DNA of 63,864 bases, filler included, from Craspedostauros australis (lineage: Eukaryota): NCBI GenBank assembly GCA_030167865.1. It is 15 parts of 15 records of this genome, joined end to end, with 100 filler letters (N's around TTAATTAATTAA, not from the genome) between each part and the next. Parts side by side here need not be neighbours in the genome. Positions count along the whole stretch, not along the records: positions 59,559 to 62,647 come from JALAGF010006460.1; positions 62,748 to 63,864 come from JALAGF010006603.1; 13 more parts are not named here. One strand, given 5' to 3'. Both the position numbers and the translations under genes were made by a program. How positions within the stretch are numbered: position 1 is the first letter of the stretch; every line of letters starts with the position of its first letter. Positions 61,149 through 63,864 of this stretch are shown one piece after another. The notes under the pieces are model-generated. The model ran no database searches, was not told where the DNA came from, and worked only from the letters and a program-made list of their open reading frames with translations.

Positions 61149-62647
61149 GTTCTTGGTGAATCCGTCGCTTGTGTTTTGCTCGGATTTGACGAAAATGATT
61201 TCGATGGTTTTGTTGATTACCATGTTCCTCACCTAGTGATGGCGCACGTCGATGTGCCGCGATCGTTGGGATGTCGATGGGTTCTTGGCAATGAAGATCG
61301 CTCCGATGTTGTCCACACGGACCTTGATCGGTGTCTTCACTGGGACGCCCACACTTTCGNNNNNNNNNNNNNNNNNNNNNNNNNNNNNNNNNNNNNNNNN
61401 NNNNNNNNNNNNNNNNNNNNNNNNNNNNNNNNNNNNNNNNNNNNNNNNNNNNNNNNNNNNNNNNNNNNNNNNNNNNNNNNNNNNNNNNNNNNNNNNNNNN
61501 NNNNNNNNNNNNNNNNNNNNNNNNNNNNNNNNNNNNNNNNNNNNNNNNNNNNNNNNNNNNNNNNNNNNNNNNNNNNNNNNNNNNNNNNNNNNNNNNNNNN
61601 NNNNNNNNNNNNNNNNNNNNNNNNNNNNNNNNNNNNNNNNNNNNNNNNNNNNNGTCTGGACGCGCTGGATGGATCTTCAATCCATAGTCCTTTGTATCGA
61701 TCACGTACTTGATGATCTGATACATCTCCTTCATTGCGGCCTTGGTGGGCCCGATCAATACCTTGGAGAGTTCCCTCACAGGGTTCGCGATATCTGGTCG
61801 CGAATGCTTGATGAGGAAGAGTAGCATACCGACGCCTCGGCGGTATTCGGCATGTTCTTCCGGTCCAACCTTCTGCAGTCCGTTGTCTTCGGATGGTCGT
61901 ACGATGATTTGACCCGGGGTTCCCGGTGTCCCATAGCGCTGCATCTTCTCAACCTTGGTTCCGAANTCTTCNATGAGATGTCGGATGAGGTGTGGTTGAC
62001 GCAATGTCGCTCTAGTCTTGTCGTGGTTCAGTTCGATGTTGCAGCTGAGGTAGTCTCCGAGTCCACGCTCGATTGTCACCTTGAACTTGCTGCCTTGGAT
62101 GTACTTCAGGAATGTCTCCAATGCCTTGGAGTCTCCGCAGCAGAAGCAATCGTTCACGTAGATGGCCACGATCATGCTTCCTTCGTTCGTCTTCCTGTAG
62201 AACAGGCACAGGTCTGCCGCGCTCTGTTCGAAGTCGATATTCTTGAGGGTCGATACCAACATCTTGAACCATTGTCTGGCGCTCTGCACAAGTCCGTAGA
62301 TTGGCTTGTGTAGGGTCAGGGCTTCGTCTGGTTGATGATCCATCCCNTTGGGACAGTTCATNTAGATCTCCTCGTCGAGGTCTCCATGTAGGAATGCCGT
62401 TACAACATCGACGAGTGCGCAGTCCATCTTCTTGATCAGCATGATCACCATCATGACCCGATAGGTCACGTCATGGATGACGGGTGAGTAGTGCTCTTGG
62501 AAGTCTACTCCTGCGACTTGTGAATAGCCACATGCAACGAGCCGCGCTCGATGTGTGCCGTCGCGCTTCAGCTTGAAGACCCATTTGCATTTGCAGCATC
62601 TGCGGCCGCGTGGGATGGCGTCTCGTTTGATCTTGCTGTACACCTTG
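61149..62647 (-). pseudogene. Copia family B RT-RNase H, inactivated
   Basis: CKWVFKLK, ARLVACGYSQ, DVVTAFLHG and YGLVQS; YVDD is mutated to YVND; in-frame stop in HIDVRHH*VR. Confidence 0.92.
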
Positions 62648-62748
62648 NNNNNNNNNNNNNNNNNNNNNNNNNNNNNNNNNNNNNNNNNNNNTTAATTAAT
62701 TAANNNNNNNNNNNNNNNNNNNNNNNNNNNNNNNNNNNNNNNNNNNNC

Positions 62749-63864
62749 AACATCCTTGAGCAACACAAGGGTTTCGGAAGGAACAACGCGAAGAAGAAGA
62801 ATCAACCAAAGAAGCCCAACAACAACAACGGTAATCGAAAACCGAACCAAGGTTGGGCATCCACGCCACCCAAAGCGGGTGAACCACAGCGCAAGCTCGT
62901 CTATGACAAGACGTTCATGTGGTGCGCGAAGTGTCGTCGCTGGCGCCTTTCGCATAACACCGAAAGTCATCAAGACAACTTCAAGCCGAAAGGTAAAGGC
63001 AACAACAACGCCAAACCTGATCATCTCGTCGTCGACATGGCTGCTTGGACCTGCTTAACAGCTGCTAACAGCCAAGACGAGAAAGAATGGTGGTCGTTTG
63101 TGTGGAACCTCTTCACCTCCTTCAACTACCTCAGCTGTGTAATTGGATCAATCCTTTCTTTCGTGAGCGTCCAAGTCTACACTCTCGGAGTTGAGCATGG
63201 GTGGTTTGTCACGGCAACCAACGCCTGGATGATAATCGCCACCACGCTGCTCCTCCTTCACTCAAACGTTCCACGAAGACACAGCCCAGTCAGAACAGCC
63301 GACACCATCCAAACAATGTCTCGAACCAAGTCCAAGAGCAACATCCGCCGTCCCGTCTACTTCAATGAACCCGTGAATCGCACTCTCTACGATGTGATGA
63401 CAGAGAACAGTAAGACAACTGATCCCGTGCCAATGCGAGCTCTCAATACTAGTCCGCCACGGAACGCGCAATCAAAACATCGCCCTGCTCGGACCAAAAC
63501 TCGCAAGCGCAACCAAAAACGTCACCATTGGNNNNNNNNNNNNNNNNNNNNNNNNNNNNNNNNNNNNNNNNNNNNNCAAAACAATTCGCAAAATCCAATC
63601 ACACGTACACGAAGTCGCACATCAACCCTCTCACGAAATCTCTGGAACATTTACCCAAAGCTCGGCATTGACTTGGCTTGCGGCAAAAGTCAAACTCAAC
63701 CCTGTGAAACTGACGCTCCTACACTTCTTTCTCTGCAAGGCCTCGCCTCCTTCTTCACTAATCGTCACGCTTTTGCATCCCCACAGAAGGCAGAAAACTG
63801 TCTCTCTCCCAACGCTCCATTCGAATTGGTATGGGACAGTGGAGCTTCTATTTCTGTCACCAAC
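62749..63864 (+). mobile_element. Copia gag C-terminus, hydrophobic linker and start of protease (runs off the window)
   Basis: My translation gives WCAKCRRWRLSHNTESH and ends FELVWDSGASISVTN. Confidence 0.8.

Noticed and set aside
3128..62703. Recurrent TTAATTAATTAA as a biological motif or piggyBac TTAA site, and gene neighbourhoods across it
   Set aside because: It is always centred in N padding, so it is an artificial joiner. Adjacency across it carries no meaning.

Overview
This is eukaryotic DNA, most likely from a diatom. That is an inference from the CoDi-type Copia elements, diatom-style Harbinger/piggyBac proteins, an HSF gene and GT-AG introns. The window is not contiguous: it is about 15 unplaced scaffolds joined by an artificial N-TTAATTAATTAA-N linker, and many 50-N gaps are flanked by duplicated overlap. 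Content is mostly nested transposons: several Ty1/Copia families, a probable Ngaro/DIRS-like element, a MULE, mariner-like, Harbinger and piggyBac-like transposases, and a YqaJ-like relic. Two host genes are recognisable: a two-exon heat-shock-factor gene and a frameshifted N-acetylglutamate synthase. The most striking unexplained structures are: (1) a ~3.8 kb palindromic array of 195-196 bp units with mirror-ordered sequence variants, just 3' of a MULE transposase; (2) two Copia families with a self-complementary palindrome in place of a tRNA primer-binding site, one of which makes 6-bp target duplications; (3) a 74-bp loop-less hairpin insertion with a 5-bp TSD; (4) a retroelement-like ORF pair carrying an RNase-H1 hybrid-binding domain and a degenerate C5-methyltransferase-like fold. 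All domain calls are by eye; no searches were run.
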